Source of the DNA: an uncultured Polyangiaceae bacterium
GTDB lineage: Bacteria; Acidobacteriota; Thermoanaerobaculia; Multivoradales; JAHEKO01
Reading direction: 5' to 3'
Length of the DNA stretch: 64,000 bases
Assembly (NCBI GenBank): GCA_964195975.1
Contig: CAXMQZ010000025.1
Location: 8,123-72,122, forward strand
Within the stretch, counting starts at the first letter, position 1. Each line of letters opens with the position of its first letter. A program made the position numbers and the translations under genes. Positions 27,951 to 36,212 of this stretch are shown in pieces. Below the pieces are notes generated by a model. That model saw nothing but the letters and a program-made list of their open reading frames with translations. It had not been told where the DNA came from and made no database searches.

Positions 27951-28946
27951 ATGAAGCAAATTCTTACACTCCACAATCTGACCGTCTCCTTCCCGGTTCG
28001 AGACGCCTGGGTACCGGTCGTGAGAGAGGTTTCGTTTGGGCTGAGCCGCGGAGAATTCCTGGGCCTTGTGGGGGAGTCGGGCTCTGGGAAAAGTGTGACG
28101 GCCTTATCGATTCTGAGACTCTTGCCAACCAATGGAAGGATCGAATCGGGAGAAATCGTTTTGGACGGCCGAGATCTGCTCGGACTGTCAGAGTCAGAGA
28201 TGCGGACTGTGCGTGGTGGGCGAGTCGGAATGATCTTTCAGGAGCCGATGACTGCGCTCAATCCCGTATTTTCGGTGGGTTTCCAAATCGCAGAAGCAGT
28301 GCGAGCACATCGAGATATGAGCAAATCCGAGGCCATGGCAGAAGCCGAACGATTGATGGAGAGAGTCTCGATTCCCGACGCCAAAAACCGTCGCAAAGAC
28401 TATCCGCATCAGTTGTCTGGGGGGCAGAGACAGCGGGTCATGATTGCGATGGCGTTGGCAGCCGGTCCCGACCTGTTGATTGCCGATGAGCCAACGACAG
28501 CTCTGGACGTGACCGTTCAGGCACAGATTCTGGAGCTGCTCGAAGAGCTCAGACGTGACCTCGATCTGGCAATTCTCCTGATCACCCACGATCTGGGGGT
28601 AGTCGCCGAGACCTGCAGCAGGGTCGTTGTCATGTACGCCGGACAGGTCGTCGAAGAGGGCTCAGTAGACAGCATCTTCGATCATCCTGCGCATCCGTAC
28701 ACCAGGGGGCTTCTGAGGGCAATGCCCAGACTCGGAACCAGGCGCGAAGACCGACTCCTACCGACCATTCCAGGCCAGGTCCCCGAGCCAAGCCGTCTTC
28801 CGAGCGGCTGCGCCTTTCATCCCCGATGCTCCGACGTTCTGGAGATCTGTGATCAGAGCGATCCGCCGATCGTGGCGCTCGCCGGCGGTCAATCCGCCCG
28901 TTGTTTTCTCCACCAGCAAACCGATGAGATGGATTCTCGGTCATGA
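27951..28946 (+). CDS. oppD: Oligopeptide/dipeptide ABC transporter ATP-binding protein
   Basis: GESGSGKS, FQEPMTALNP, LSGGQRQR, DEPTTALD, GC.FHPRC Fe-S tail. Confidence 0.9.
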   Translation: MKQILTLHNLTVSFPVRDAWVPVVREVSFGLSRGEFLGLVGESGSGKSVTALSILRLLPTNGRIESGEIVLDGRDLLGLSESEMRTVRGGRVGMIFQEPMTALNPVFSVGFQIAEAVRAHRDMSKSEAMAEAERLMERVSIPDAKNRRKDYPHQLSGGQRQRVMIAMALAAGPDLLIADEPTTALDVTVQAQILELLEELRRDLDLAILLITHDLGVVAETCSRVVVMYAGQVVEEGSVDSIFDHPAHPYTRGLLRAMPRLGTRREDRLLPTIPGQVPEPSRLPSGCAFHPRCSDVLEICDQSDPPIVALAGGQSARCFLHQQTDEMDSRS

Positions 28947-29926
28947 CGGCTCTTGTGAAGGTCGAAGGTCTTCGCAAGGAGTTTCCGGTGCGCCGGGGAT
29001 TGCTTCAGCGCGAGCAGGGGAGTGTTGTGGCAGTGGATGATGTCGATCTGGCGATCAGCGAGAGCGAATGTCTGGGGTTGGTGGGAGAGTCGGGGAGTGG
29101 CAAAAGTACCCTGGGCAGGTGCATCCTTCGTCTCATCGATGTCACAAGTGGATCGATCTATTTCCGAGGGGAGAACCTGGTTTCCTTGAGGGGCGAGGAG
29201 CTTCGTCGTCGCCGTCGGGAGTTTCAGATGATTTTTCAAGACCCCTACGGGTCACTCAATCCGCGAATGCGTGTCGGCCAGATCATTCGCGAACCTCTGG
29301 AGGTCCACGATGTCGTGCCTGCGGCCGAGCGGAATAGGAGAGTCCTCGAGCTACTCGATCTTGTCGGGCTTCCCGAGGATGCGGCTCAGAGATACCCGCA
29401 CGAGTTTTCCGGTGGACAGCGCCAAAGGGTCGGTGTGGCCCGAGCGCTGGCCCCGGAGCCCCAATTCATCGTCGCAGATGAACCGGTCTCGGCTCTAGAT
29501 GTCTCGGTGCGGGCGCAGATCATCAATCTGCTGATGGATCTCAGACAGCGACTAGGACTGAGTCTGCTCTTTATCGCTCACGATCTGGCTGTTGTGGAGC
29601 AGATCGCGGATCGGGTAGCGGTGATGTATCTCGGACGAGTCATAGAGCTTTCGGATACCGAAGATCTATTTGCTCGGCCTCAACATCCCTACAGCGTGAG
29701 CCTGTTGTCCGCCGTTCCTGAGCCCGATCCGCATCGAACTGGCGGGAGGATCGTATTGCCAGGGGAGGTGCCGAGTCCCATGAACCCTCCCAAGGGATGC
29801 GCTTTTCATCCGAGGTGCCCGATTGCTGAGGAGCGGTGCAGAAATGAAGAGCCACAGCTGCGTAGACTTGATAGCGGACAAAGTGTAGCGTGTCACTTCC
29901 CTGGAAAGCTCGAGTCGAGTCGATAA
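28943..29926 (+). CDS. oppF: Oligopeptide/dipeptide ABC transporter ATP-binding protein
   Basis: GESGSGKST, FQDPYGSLNPR, FSGGQRQR, DEPVSALD, GC.FHPRC; ATGA overlap with oppD. Confidence 0.9.
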   Translation: MTALVKVEGLRKEFPVRRGLLQREQGSVVAVDDVDLAISESECLGLVGESGSGKSTLGRCILRLIDVTSGSIYFRGENLVSLRGEELRRRRREFQMIFQDPYGSLNPRMRVGQIIREPLEVHDVVPAAERNRRVLELLDLVGLPEDAAQRYPHEFSGGQRQRVGVARALAPEPQFIVADEPVSALDVSVRAQIINLLMDLRQRLGLSLLFIAHDLAVVEQIADRVAVMYLGRVIELSDTEDLFARPQHPYSVSLLSAVPEPDPHRTGGRIVLPGEVPSPMNPPKGCAFHPRCPIAEERCRNEEPQLRRLDSGQSVACHFPGKLESSR

Positions 29927-29941
29927 CTAACGACCACGAAT

Positions 29942-29966
29942 GGAACTTTCTTACCCCTAGAACGTA
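29942..29966 (+). promoter_or_regulatory. Possible ECF-sigma promoter GGAAC-N16-CGTA upstream of the TolC-family gene
   Basis: GGAAC at 29942-29946 and CGTA at 29963-29966, in the intergenic gap. Confidence 0.3.
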
Positions 29967-30030
29967 GGACTGAACAACAGCGATTTCCGCTGGCGTACAG
30001 GCTTTTAGTGATATCCAACCTGGTGCGAGG

Positions 30031-31722
30031 ATGAGAGTGATGAGATTTCAACTGTTTCCTGGACGAAGGTCCCATAGGACCAACCGAAGATTTCCGACGA
30101 CGCTTGTTGCGGGTCTAACCACTGTGGGGCTGTTGGTTGCTTCGACCACGGCGGGAGCCACTACCGTCAGCACTCAGCAGCCCGATCTGGCTCGAAAGCC
30201 GGCCCTGACGATTGCGAACGGCGAAGTAGAGCTGCGCCTGGAGGAGGCGGTCGCGATTGCTCTCGAGCGCAATTTGACTCTCGTCGTCGAGCGCTATGCC
30301 ACCGAGGAGGCGGAGCTAGTGATCAAACAGACTCGTGGAATCTACGATCTGTTTGGCACGGTCGATCTCTCCAACCTTGAAGACAACGCGCCGACGGCGT
30401 CGAACTTGTCCGGTGCCGCTGTGCAGGAGTTCAAGCGGAAGGACTGGAATTTTGGTGTGGATCAGCTGATCTCGAGCGGTGGTGTTATTTCCGGGGATTG
30501 GAACAACAACCGGCAGGAGACGAACTCGCTGTTCGCCACCCTGAATCCGAGCTACAGAATCGATCTCGATGTGAGCCTGAGTCAGCCTCTACTCCGTAAC
30601 GCGGGAAAAATGGCGACCAACCGCAATATCACCATTTCTCGCACCAACAAAGGAATCAGCCTCGAGAATTTCGAGCGACAAGTGACAGCGATCATTCTGA
30701 GGGTGGAGGAGGCCTACTGGAACCTGGCCGAGTCGATCGCCCAGCTGGGGGTTGCGGAAGAGAGCGAGGATCTGGCGGTGCAGCTACACGAGCAGAACAT
30801 CATCCGTGTCGAAGTCGGTACCATGGCGCCTCTCGAGTTGATTCAAAGCGAGGCTGGGGTAGCGGATCGAGTCGTTGAGATCATTCGCGCCAGGGCCTCT
30901 GTTGGGGACCGGGCCGACGTGCTGCGACAACTGCTCAATGTCGAGCGTGCCGACGATCTTTGGGCGATGCCGATCAACCCGATCACAGACCCGTTTTCAG
31001 AGCCTTTCGAGGTCGACGTGGATGCTGCCATCGCAACGGCGTTGGCTGAGCGGCCAGAGATCCGATCGAAGATGCTGGCGGTGTCGAACCAGGAGCTCGA
31101 TATTCGCTATTTTCGCAACCAGCAACGTCCCCGCCTCGACCTGAACGTCACCTATGGCCTGAATGGTGTGGGCGGTGATACTACCGATCGAGACTTTCTT
31201 AGCGGAGAGATCCTGGGGCGTGAACAAGGAGATTACGGCGACGCCATCGATCAGATTCTGAATGCCGATTTTGATGGCTGGAGGGCGGCGCTGAATTTTG
31301 CCTACCCGATCCAGAACCGAACGGCGGAAGCCAATAGAGCCCTCGCCGAGGTGAGCTACAACCGAGGGCGAGCCGAGCTTCAGGATATTGAGCTGGCGAT
31401 CGTCACAGAGGTCAGGCGTGTTGCTCGGCTTCTGGGAGCCTCGGCCGAAGGAGTCGAGTCTGCTGGAGTATCCAGGCGACTCGAAGAGAAAAACTATGAG
31501 GCCGAGCAGAAACGCTACGACAACGGGATGTCGACCAGTTTCCAGGTCCTGCGGATTCAGGAAGATCTGACGCGTTCTAGAAGCCGCTACGTGGCCGCCG
31601 TTGCAACCTACCGACGCGCCCTTGCCTTGCACTATCAGTCGATCGGCAAGTTGATCGAGCAGAGTGGCGTCGGAATTATTGGCGAAGCAACCGTGGATGA
31701 TGGCGAGCAGTCCGATTCCTGA
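30031..31722 (+). CDS. TolC family outer membrane efflux protein
   Basis: Signal peptide, L.LEEAV..ALERN, QPLLR, two OEP-type helical repeats, E..RY..G.ST.F.VL. Confidence 0.88.
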   Translation: MRVMRFQLFPGRRSHRTNRRFPTTLVAGLTTVGLLVASTTAGATTVSTQQPDLARKPALTIANGEVELRLEEAVAIALERNLTLVVERYATEEAELVIKQTRGIYDLFGTVDLSNLEDNAPTASNLSGAAVQEFKRKDWNFGVDQLISSGGVISGDWNNNRQETNSLFATLNPSYRIDLDVSLSQPLLRNAGKMATNRNITISRTNKGISLENFERQVTAIILRVEEAYWNLAESIAQLGVAEESEDLAVQLHEQNIIRVEVGTMAPLELIQSEAGVADRVVEIIRARASVGDRADVLRQLLNVERADDLWAMPINPITDPFSEPFEVDVDAAIATALAERPEIRSKMLAVSNQELDIRYFRNQQRPRLDLNVTYGLNGVGGDTTDRDFLSGEILGREQGDYGDAIDQILNADFDGWRAALNFAYPIQNRTAEANRALAEVSYNRGRAELQDIELAIVTEVRRVARLLGASAEGVESAGVSRRLEEKNYEAEQKRYDNGMSTSFQVLRIQEDLTRSRSRYVAAVATYRRALALHYQSIGKLIEQSGVGIIGEATVDDGEQSDS

Positions 31723-31725
31723 GAC

Positions 31726-32577
31726 CTAGCCGCTCGTCGTCGGTGGTCGGACTCCGACTGCGACAATGAGATAGCCATGCCGGTGGAGTCGGGGAAATCG
31801 GTTGGCCAGCTTGGCAAAGAGATGAGACGCGAATCCGGTCAACCGGCCGATCGGCCGGCACCAGGTGTTGCATGCCAGATCCAGGATTCTCAGCCAGCCC
31901 GGGATGAAGAGAATTCCACTCTCGTTCTCGACCCGAAAACCGGCGCTCTCGAGCATCTGCCGTAGGGCCTTTCGAGAATACGACTTTTCGAAACCGTAGC
32001 CATAAAGGCCGAGTCGATACATGACTGCGACCATGAACGGTCTCAGGAAAGGGTCCCACCGATTCGGTACACCGATGATCGCCCGTCCCCCTGGTCTGAG
32101 TACGCGGTAGATCTCTGAAATCGCCTGTTCCGTTTCATCGAAGTGCTCGACGGTGCCCATCGAGTAAATTGCATCAAAGGATTGATCGCGATACGGGAGC
32201 CACCGGACATCGGCACGGGGGACGCGGAGGTCGAGGCTCCCAAACTCCGACTTCGCCTGCATCACGATGGGTAGAGAGATGTCTATGCCGTAACAGTCAG
32301 CGCCCTGGCCCGAGACCCAGCGAAGAATACGGGTGTTCTTGGCCTCGTCCCACATGTCGGTCTTCATGACTCGAAGACCCCTCAGGTCAGGAAGGTAGTC
32401 GTTGAAAAGACGTTGTTCGTCGGCAAGATAGCCCTGGGTGGAACTGGCGCCTGCAAGGTCTGGAAAATTGGTTCCTACATCGTTCCAGAATGCCCTATAT
32501 CGTGAAGTCGGCTTCGACGCCTCCTTGGAAGAGGAGCCTAGTTCCGGCGCCAGCGATCCGATTGTGGGTTCAGCCAC
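31726..32577 (-). CDS. Class I SAM-dependent methyltransferase with atypical motif I
   Basis: GIDIS, ADVR.LPY.D.SFD.I.S.G..EH, E..RVLRPGG. Motif I reads VMKTDMWDE instead of a Gly-rich loop. Confidence 0.85.
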   Translation of the reverse strand: MAEPTIGSLAPELGSSSKEASKPTSRYRAFWNDVGTNFPDLAGASSTQGYLADEQRLFNDYLPDLRGLRVMKTDMWDEAKNTRILRWVSGQGADCYGIDISLPIVMQAKSEFGSLDLRVPRADVRWLPYRDQSFDAIYSMGTVEHFDETEQAISEIYRVLRPGGRAIIGVPNRWDPFLRPFMVAVMYRLGLYGYGFEKSYSRKALRQMLESAGFRVENESGILFIPGWLRILDLACNTWCRPIGRLTGFASHLFAKLANRFPRLHRHGYLIVAVGVRPPTTSG

Positions 32578-33997
32578 CTCCAGTCTCCGGAACCGGAACC
32601 ATCTGAGTAGTGTCCGCCTCTTGCTGCTGATGAATCATCCAAAGAAAGACAAGAGCCGGTACAGCGACGGTCCAGGCTCGAATGAGAGCTACGTGAGGTT
32701 CGAACGATGTATGAGCAGACCATTCGCCGATCAGAACAACAGAAAGAGCCTGGGTGATCGCTAGAAACCCGCAAGCCATGCACCAGCGGCTCCAAGGGGG
32801 GTGCCCTTTCCAAGCGATCCAAAGTCCCGTTATCAAGCCGATCTGATACGGAGCCATGAGATAGACGGCTCGCTGAGGGTCGGAAAAGCCATGTCCAATG
32901 TGGGGAATGACCTGTTGGAGAAGGAATCGTCCTTCAAATAACAATCGATTCCAGGTCAGAGCCACCAGCAGAGCGATCAGAACGCTACCCGCCAAGGCCG
33001 CTGCGCCTCGTTTCACGATCTCGGGACTTGATTCAGTTTCTGAACTCGATCTATAGGCTGCCAGGCCCACCAAGAACGCCGCCAGGACAATTTGATGAAA
33101 CCCGTGAATTGCAGTCAACGGTGAACCGACAAGATCAGCCGGGAAAGCCAGAACGATCAAGCGCGCGGTTCCGAGGGCGAAGAAGACTGGACCGGAGAGG
33201 AGTACAGTTGCAAGCCTTTGCCTACGAGTCAGATCAAGCGCGAAGATGGCGGCAAAATATACCGGGATCAACGGAGTCATGATGCACTCCTGCGTCACCA
33301 CGAAACCACCATTGGCAGTCCTGATGTGGTTGCCGATAATATTCGCTTCCCCTCCAAACAATCGAATGATAGCGGCGCCGGAGGCGGCCACCCACTTGGC
33401 GATGGTCAGCACAACAGCGCTTTGCATCCACCAACCCGAGGCTCCGACAAAAAGACCGACGAACAGAAGCGTGAGCAGGACAAATTTTCTGCCCCGGCTG
33501 GAAAGACCGAAGCTGGAATGGGCCAGATCGTCTCCCTGGCTCACTGATGCAACACCGGCTCTTAGCGAGCGGCTCATCCAGACGAAAACAAAGATCGAGA
33601 CGACGATGAGTAACACCGCTGGCCAGACATAGATGTGCAGAGTGTTGAAGAGCTGGCGGTTGGTGACGACTCTGGAAAGAGTGGCGATTCGGACCGTGTT
33701 TACTGCCGCGATGAACAAAAGCCCGAGAGCTGCACCGGAGATCCGACGTCGCCACGGGGCAGGAAATGCCAGGATGAATCCCACGCACAACGCAATGACA
33801 TCGGCGGCCGAACAGCTTAGACCAACCGAGACCGGTGCATCGGGATTGCCACCGATCTTGCAGGCGACGCTCCACTGTGCGCTTGTGAAGGGCAGTAGCA
33901 GAGTCTTCTCGACCCAGGGGATGCGGAGGATCCCAAAGAGCGCAACGCTCAAGAGACCGGCCGTCAAGACAAACTTCAAGGCCCCACGGTTGTTCAT
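32570..33997 (-). CDS. Tandem (double-domain) exosortase/archaeosortase family protein
   Basis: Domain 1: SC..., AFP..WRRR, NTVRI, LH.YVW. Domain 2: VTQEC..., GTARL, IHGFH. Start ATG 33997 overlaps the ParA stop (ATGA). Confidence 0.8.
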   Translation of the reverse strand: MNNRGALKFVLTAGLLSVALFGILRIPWVEKTLLLPFTSAQWSVACKIGGNPDAPVSVGLSCSAADVIALCVGFILAFPAPWRRRISGAALGLLFIAAVNTVRIATLSRVVTNRQLFNTLHIYVWPAVLLIVVSIFVFVWMSRSLRAGVASVSQGDDLAHSSFGLSSRGRKFVLLTLLFVGLFVGASGWWMQSAVVLTIAKWVAASGAAIIRLFGGEANIIGNHIRTANGGFVVTQECIMTPLIPVYFAAIFALDLTRRQRLATVLLSGPVFFALGTARLIVLAFPADLVGSPLTAIHGFHQIVLAAFLVGLAAYRSSSETESSPEIVKRGAAALAGSVLIALLVALTWNRLLFEGRFLLQQVIPHIGHGFSDPQRAVYLMAPYQIGLITGLWIAWKGHPPWSRWCMACGFLAITQALSVVLIGEWSAHTSFEPHVALIRAWTVAVPALVFLWMIHQQQEADTTQMVPVPETGGG

Positions 33998-34758
33998 GCT
34001 TGCACCTTCTTGAGGCGTTTCCATACATGTCGACCGAGTTGCTCGAACTCTCGACCCGCTGTGCTGGTTGGGTGCACGAGACGGCCTGCTGTCGCAGCTG
34101 CCGCGACTTCGACTCGTTGTCCGATTGCGGGGGTAGTGGAAGCGTCTAGGCTCTTGACCTCCTGAGCGAAGCTACGCGCGAGTCGAGTTCGAAAGACCTG
34201 TCGTGAGGGCACGATCATGGTCCAGGGCAGCTCGCCTTCGCGTCCATGGCGCGCCCTGTGGGCGGCGTTGATCGTCTCCCGCGTCGCCTCGAGATCTAGC
34301 GCCGATGCACCGGCAGGAATGAGCACGAGATCAGCCACCTGTAACGCGAGTCGAGTAGGCGCCCCCGAACCTGGTGGCGTGTCGATGATCAGCACATCGA
34401 GGTCGGCGCCCAGGCTCCTGAGGTTCCGGCGAAACGACGCTGCACCTCGAGAGGGATCGAATTGGTGAACTTGGAAGGGTAGACCTCTCCCAGCGGAGGC
34501 CCACTGAAGTGCGGTGGCTCTGGGATCGAGGTCCATGACAGCTGTCTGTCGTCTTGATGATTTCAGAGAGCCGGCCAAATTCATCGCGATGCTGGTCTTC
34601 CCGGTTCCGCCCTTCGGCGAGACTAGAGCAATCAGGCGAAGGCGTCTCCCGGCACGGGTCGAGCTTTGAAACGTCGGCTCCTCGTCCAGGAAAAGACTGT
34701 CGATCTCGTCGAGATCGTCCGGATTGACCTTCTTGAGGAGTTTTTTGATAGAGCTCAC
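33994..34758 (-). CDS. Orphan ParA/MinD family ATPase (ParF/McdA-like)
   Basis: Deviant Walker A KGGTGKT, DLDP..TA..W, IIDTPP, ADLVLIP...S.LDL. Start uncertain (GTG 34758 or ATG 34797). Confidence 0.85.
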   Translation of the reverse strand: MSSIKKLLKKVNPDDLDEIDSLFLDEEPTFQSSTRAGRRLRLIALVSPKGGTGKTSIAMNLAGSLKSSRRQTAVMDLDPRATALQWASAGRGLPFQVHQFDPSRGAASFRRNLRSLGADLDVLIIDTPPGSGAPTRLALQVADLVLIPAGASALDLEATRETINAAHRARHGREGELPWTMIVPSRQVFRTRLARSFAQEVKSLDASTTPAIGQRVEVAAAATAGRLVHPTSTAGREFEQLGRHVWKRLKKVQA

Positions 34759-34850
34759 TTTGCAACTTTGTTTTAATTTGGTGGATCTCGACCTCATTCT
34801 AGAACAGTCACTACTCTCTCTCGCTCTTGGCAGATAGACTCCACCGCACC

Positions 34851-35258
34851 ATGAGGAACCCCGAAAGAGCGCTGATGGTACTACTTCGGGTGGGTGGCTG
34901 CGCGATGCTCTTGGCGACTCTGGCCATCGTTCTGCCGACCCGCTGGATGGCTTCGATTCATCAGTGGTTGGGTCTGGGAACATTCCCCGCCTTTCCTGTC
35001 GTCGAATATCTGACTCGATCCATATCAGCTTTGTACGCGATTCACGGCGGGCTTCTGCTTCTGGTTTCATCTGATATTCCTCGGTTCGCCCCCATCGTGC
35101 GATACCTTGGAGTGACTACCAGTCTGCTAGGAATCTCGTTGCTCGCCATCGATGTATTTGCAGGCCTGCCTGTCTATTGGGTCTTGTTCGAGGGGCCCCC
35201 AGTCATCTTGATCGGTGGGTTGATCCTCGGCCTGCTCGAGGCCAGTGGGCATAAATGA
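34851..35258 (+). CDS. Hypothetical membrane protein (4 TM)
   Basis: Hydrophobic ORF with P..WM...H.WLGLG.FP..P...YL.RS.S..YA pattern; ATGA overlap with the next gene. Confidence 0.75.
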   Translation: MRNPERALMVLLRVGGCAMLLATLAIVLPTRWMASIHQWLGLGTFPAFPVVEYLTRSISALYAIHGGLLLLVSSDIPRFAPIVRYLGVTTSLLGISLLAIDVFAGLPVYWVLFEGPPVILIGGLILGLLEASGHK

Positions 35259-36211
35259 GCACTCGCGAGGAATCGTCGAGAGTCGCGGCGTCCAGCGGTC
35301 TCTACCTGTTGAGTGCGTTCGGGCTTTTCTTGATCTGGAGCAACAGCTTCATTGCTGCGTCCTATTTACTCGGAACCGAGTCGGCTCAGCCACGTTTCGA
35401 CTGGGTCAGTCTCTCGGTGGCCCGTTTTGCACCCATCTTTCCGATCTGCCTGATCTACTGTCTTACCGTGGGACGCGCGGACGCTGTGCGGCTTCTTCGC
35501 GCTTATCCGGTTCGCCTGGTGGTTTGCAGTCTGCTCGCCGTGCCTGGCTACAACCTGGCGCTTTACTACGGGCAGCAACATGGGGTGCCTCCACCCATAG
35601 CTTCGCTGACGACTGCTCTCGTTCCTCTTTTTGTGATGATTCTGGCGGCCCTCTTTCTCGGCGAGGATCTGACTCTCAGAAGAACTCTGGCCTTTTGTTT
35701 GGCCTGCTTCGGGCTGGTTATCATTGCTCTGTCCAAGGGGGAACCGGGCGCTATCGCGGAGTACGGTTTTACCCTGGGTGTCACAGCTCTGGCGCCGCTG
35801 TCGTGGTCGATCTACTCGATCTTGAGCAAACCTGTCTCCGGCGCAGCCTCTCCATTGGTTTGGACTTATTTGAGCATCGTAGTCGGAAGTGTGCCGCTGC
35901 TCCTGTTGCTCCCGTTGAGGGGAGGTCCGGAGATGGCAGAGCTGCCTTTGGATGGATGGGCGGCCCTGTCGTATCTCTCCATCCTTTGCACCGTCGTCGG
36001 CTATGCCATCTGGACATGGCTGCTACGTCACCTTCCGGCGTCGACGGTAGGCTTCACGGTGTTCATGAACCCCCCATTGACGAGCGTGAACATAGTCATT
36101 TTGTCGTTGCTGTTTCCCGCAGTCTTTGTTCTCGAGGTGGGAGGTCTCGAATGGCTGGGAGGCGGGTTGGCGCTGGGCGGCATGGCGCTGGCGTTGTGGC
36201 CCGGGAAATGA
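35255..36211 (+). CDS. DMT/EamA family transporter
   Basis: Two EamA repeats, IWSNSF, P.F...LA..FLGE, YLSILCTVVGY..W; about 10 TM segments. Confidence 0.88.
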   Translation: MSTREESSRVAASSGLYLLSAFGLFLIWSNSFIAASYLLGTESAQPRFDWVSLSVARFAPIFPICLIYCLTVGRADAVRLLRAYPVRLVVCSLLAVPGYNLALYYGQQHGVPPPIASLTTALVPLFVMILAALFLGEDLTLRRTLAFCLACFGLVIIALSKGEPGAIAEYGFTLGVTALAPLSWSIYSILSKPVSGAASPLVWTYLSIVVGSVPLLLLLPLRGGPEMAELPLDGWAALSYLSILCTVVGYAIWTWLLRHLPASTVGFTVFMNPPLTSVNIVILSLLFPAVFVLEVGGLEWLGGGLALGGMALALWPGK

Positions 36212-36212
36212 A

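Noticed and set aside
32570-32600. Exosortase C-terminus VPVPETGGG resembling LPXTG or PEP sorting motifs
   Set aside because: No following TM helix or basic tail, and the codons double as the SD/start of the overlapping methyltransferase gene.
34759-35070. N-terminal ~100-aa extension of the ParA ORF in the track
   Set aside because: It overlaps the divergent membrane-protein gene and looks like non-coding translation; the real start is probably 34758 or 34797.
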